The notes beneath the pieces are model-generated. The model saw nothing but the letters and a program-made list of their open reading frames with translations, made no database searches and had not been told where the DNA came from. From Ruminococcus albus 7 = DSM 20455 (GTDB taxonomy: Bacteria; Bacillota; Clostridia; Oscillospirales; Ruminococcaceae), in NCBI RefSeq assembly GCF_000179635.2, contig NC_014833.1, positions 210,001 to 242,000 of the forward strand: a stretch of DNA of 32,000 nt, read 5' to 3'. This document shows, piece by piece, positions 31,045 through 32,000 of this stretch (positions are counted from its first letter, which is position 1; each line of letters starts with the position of its first letter). The position numbers were made by a program, and so were the translations under genes.

Positions 31045-31426
31045 CTCTTAATTATTATTGCTATGGCATTTTACAGTTTACTCGAAATTACGTCTATTAT
31101 TTTAAGAATACATTACTGAACTGTAGATTAAAATTAATTGCATTATGTCTATACTTTGGTAAATTATTTACCGCGCGGGACTGTTAAGTTTTTATCTCAC
31201 AGAAGGATATTTTATCTGAGGGTAAATTTTAATATATATGGTATAAAGAGCTTCAGACTGAGATCCGCGGTGATCTACTTGCTTTTCTTCAAGAAAAACT
31301 TTCTCATATATATGGAACAGTCAGACTCTTCGTTATTTTAAACGATGCTTGTGTATTCTTTATGATCCTTTCGCTGATAAATAAGATCGGCAAACTTTGG
31401 TGAAAAAATTAAATTCCTATGCCGAA

Positions 31427-31456
31427 TGAATAAACTTCCAATATCTGCGTAAACTA
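31427..31456 (+). promoter_or_regulatory. Possible forespore (sigma-G/F type) promoter of spoVT
   Basis: TGAATA (31427-31432), 17-nt spacer, TAAACTA (31450-31456). The recalled sigma-G consensus is TGAATA-N17/18-CATACTA. It lies about 35 nt upstream of the spoVT ATG. spoVT is sigma-G dependent in Bacillus subtilis. Confidence 0.3.
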
Positions 31457-31490
31457 TTCCCACAAAAAATCTATTTAACGGAGGAAACGG

Positions 31491-32000
31491 ATGAAAGCAA
31501 CAGGAATAGTAAGACGCATAGATGACCTTGGCAGGGTAGTCATACCGAAAGAAATACGCAGGACTATGAGGATTCGTGAAGGCGACCCCCTAGAGATCTA
31601 CACCAACCCCGACGGCGAAGTAATATTCAAAAAGTATTCCCCGATAAATGAGCTTTCCGATGGCGCTTTGCAGGCGGCGGAGGTCATATCAAAGCTGGGC
31701 GGTGCGCCTGCGGTGATCTTTGATAAGGATCATGTGGTGGCAGTGTCGGGTGTTCCGAAAAAGGAGTACTCGCAGCGCAGGCTGACCCAAGCGCTGGAAA
31801 ATATGATGGAGAACCGTTGCAGTTATGAGTACCGCAGCGGATCGGCGGAATTTCATCCCGTGGAGGGCATTGATACCCACGCACTGGCAGTTGCGCCGAT
31901 AATATCGGGGGGAGATATCACAGGCGCTGTGGCGTTTCTCGGTGGGGACGATGACCGCCATGTTACCGATGATCAGGCGATGCTTTGCAAGGCGGCGGCT
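31491..32000 (+). CDS. spoVT: Stage V sporulation protein T (AbrB-type N-domain plus GAF-like domain), 3'-truncated by the window edge
   Basis: This ORF is absent from the ORF track because it runs off the end of the window. ATG 31491 follows GGAGGAAACGG. My translation MKATGIVRRIDDLGRVVIPKEIRRTMRIREGDPLEIYTNPDGEVIFKKYSPI is nearly identical over the first roughly 40 residues to B. subtilis SpoVT as I remember it. The frame stays open for all 170 codons to position 32000. Confidence 0.9.
   Translation, partial: MKATGIVRRIDDLGRVVIPKEIRRTMRIREGDPLEIYTNPDGEVIFKKYSPINELSDGALQAAEVISKLGGAPAVIFDKDHVVAVSGVPKKEYSQRRLTQALENMMENRCSYEYRSGSAEFHPVEGIDTHALAVAPIISGGDITGAVAFLGGDDDRHVTDDQAMLCKAAA

Noticed and set aside
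31138-31341. A 67-aa ORF in the AT-rich spacer.
   Set aside because: It has no ribosome-binding site, the peptide is low-complexity and rich in Phe/Leu/Tyr/Asn as expected from AT-rich DNA, and it is interrupted by repeat elements.
31389-31430. A GGCAAAC motif that might indicate a c-di-GMP-I (GEMM) riboswitch, given the c-di-GMP genes in the window.
   Set aside because: The second conserved element (ACGCAAAGC-type tetraloop-receptor helix) is missing, there are no matching P1/P2 helices, and the downstream gene (spoVT) is not a known target.
31434-31455. The sequence ACTTCCAATATCTGCGTAAACT resembles the ends of the Bacillus dif site (ACTTCCTAGAATATATATTATGTAAACT).
   Set aside because: It is only 22 nt against the 28 nt required (11+6+11), the central region and inner arm positions do not align, and the similarity is confined to the outer 6-7 nt. 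The position immediately upstream of spoVT is better explained as a forespore-type promoter.

Overview
This window looks like ordinary chromosomal DNA from a spore-forming Clostridia-type Firmicute. That placement is an inference from the SpoVT homolog, the type III glutamine synthetase, strong GGAGG ribosome-binding sites and near-consensus sigma-A promoters; a Ruminococcus/Oscillospiraceae-like source is a guess. About 26 genes can be supported. They are: inorganic pyrophosphatase; a GH2 beta-galactosidase; a complete GTP-to-preQ1 operon (queD-queE-folE-queC-queF) behind a structured attenuator leader; glnN; a hisC-methyltransferase-rimI-GNAT-tsaD operon; a nitroreductase and a MIF/tautomerase; a ketopantoate-reductase-like gene; a three-gene sugar ABC uptake operon; the 5' part of spoVT; and three c-di-GMP turnover proteins (a degenerate-GGDEF/EAL protein, a GGDEF cyclase and an HD-GYP protein). 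I found no rRNA, tRNA, CRISPR array, transposase, integrase or recognisable defence or toxin system, and no self-evident novel multi-gene system. The items most worth a second look are: (1) the non-textbook preQ1-type leader; (2) a 562-aa orphan protein whose ribosome-binding site and first four codons are duplicated 61 nt upstream, creating an overlapping 29-codon upstream ORF; (3) an approximately 0.9-kb AT-rich, ORF-free region upstream of spoVT containing perfect inverted repeats and a minus-strand terminator with no gene to terminate; (4) a conserved GC-rich hairpin present twice, 24 kb apart; (5) the adjacent GGDEF and HD-GYP genes, each with uncharacterised sensor or C-terminal domains. 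All homology calls come from motif recognition by eye; no searches were run.
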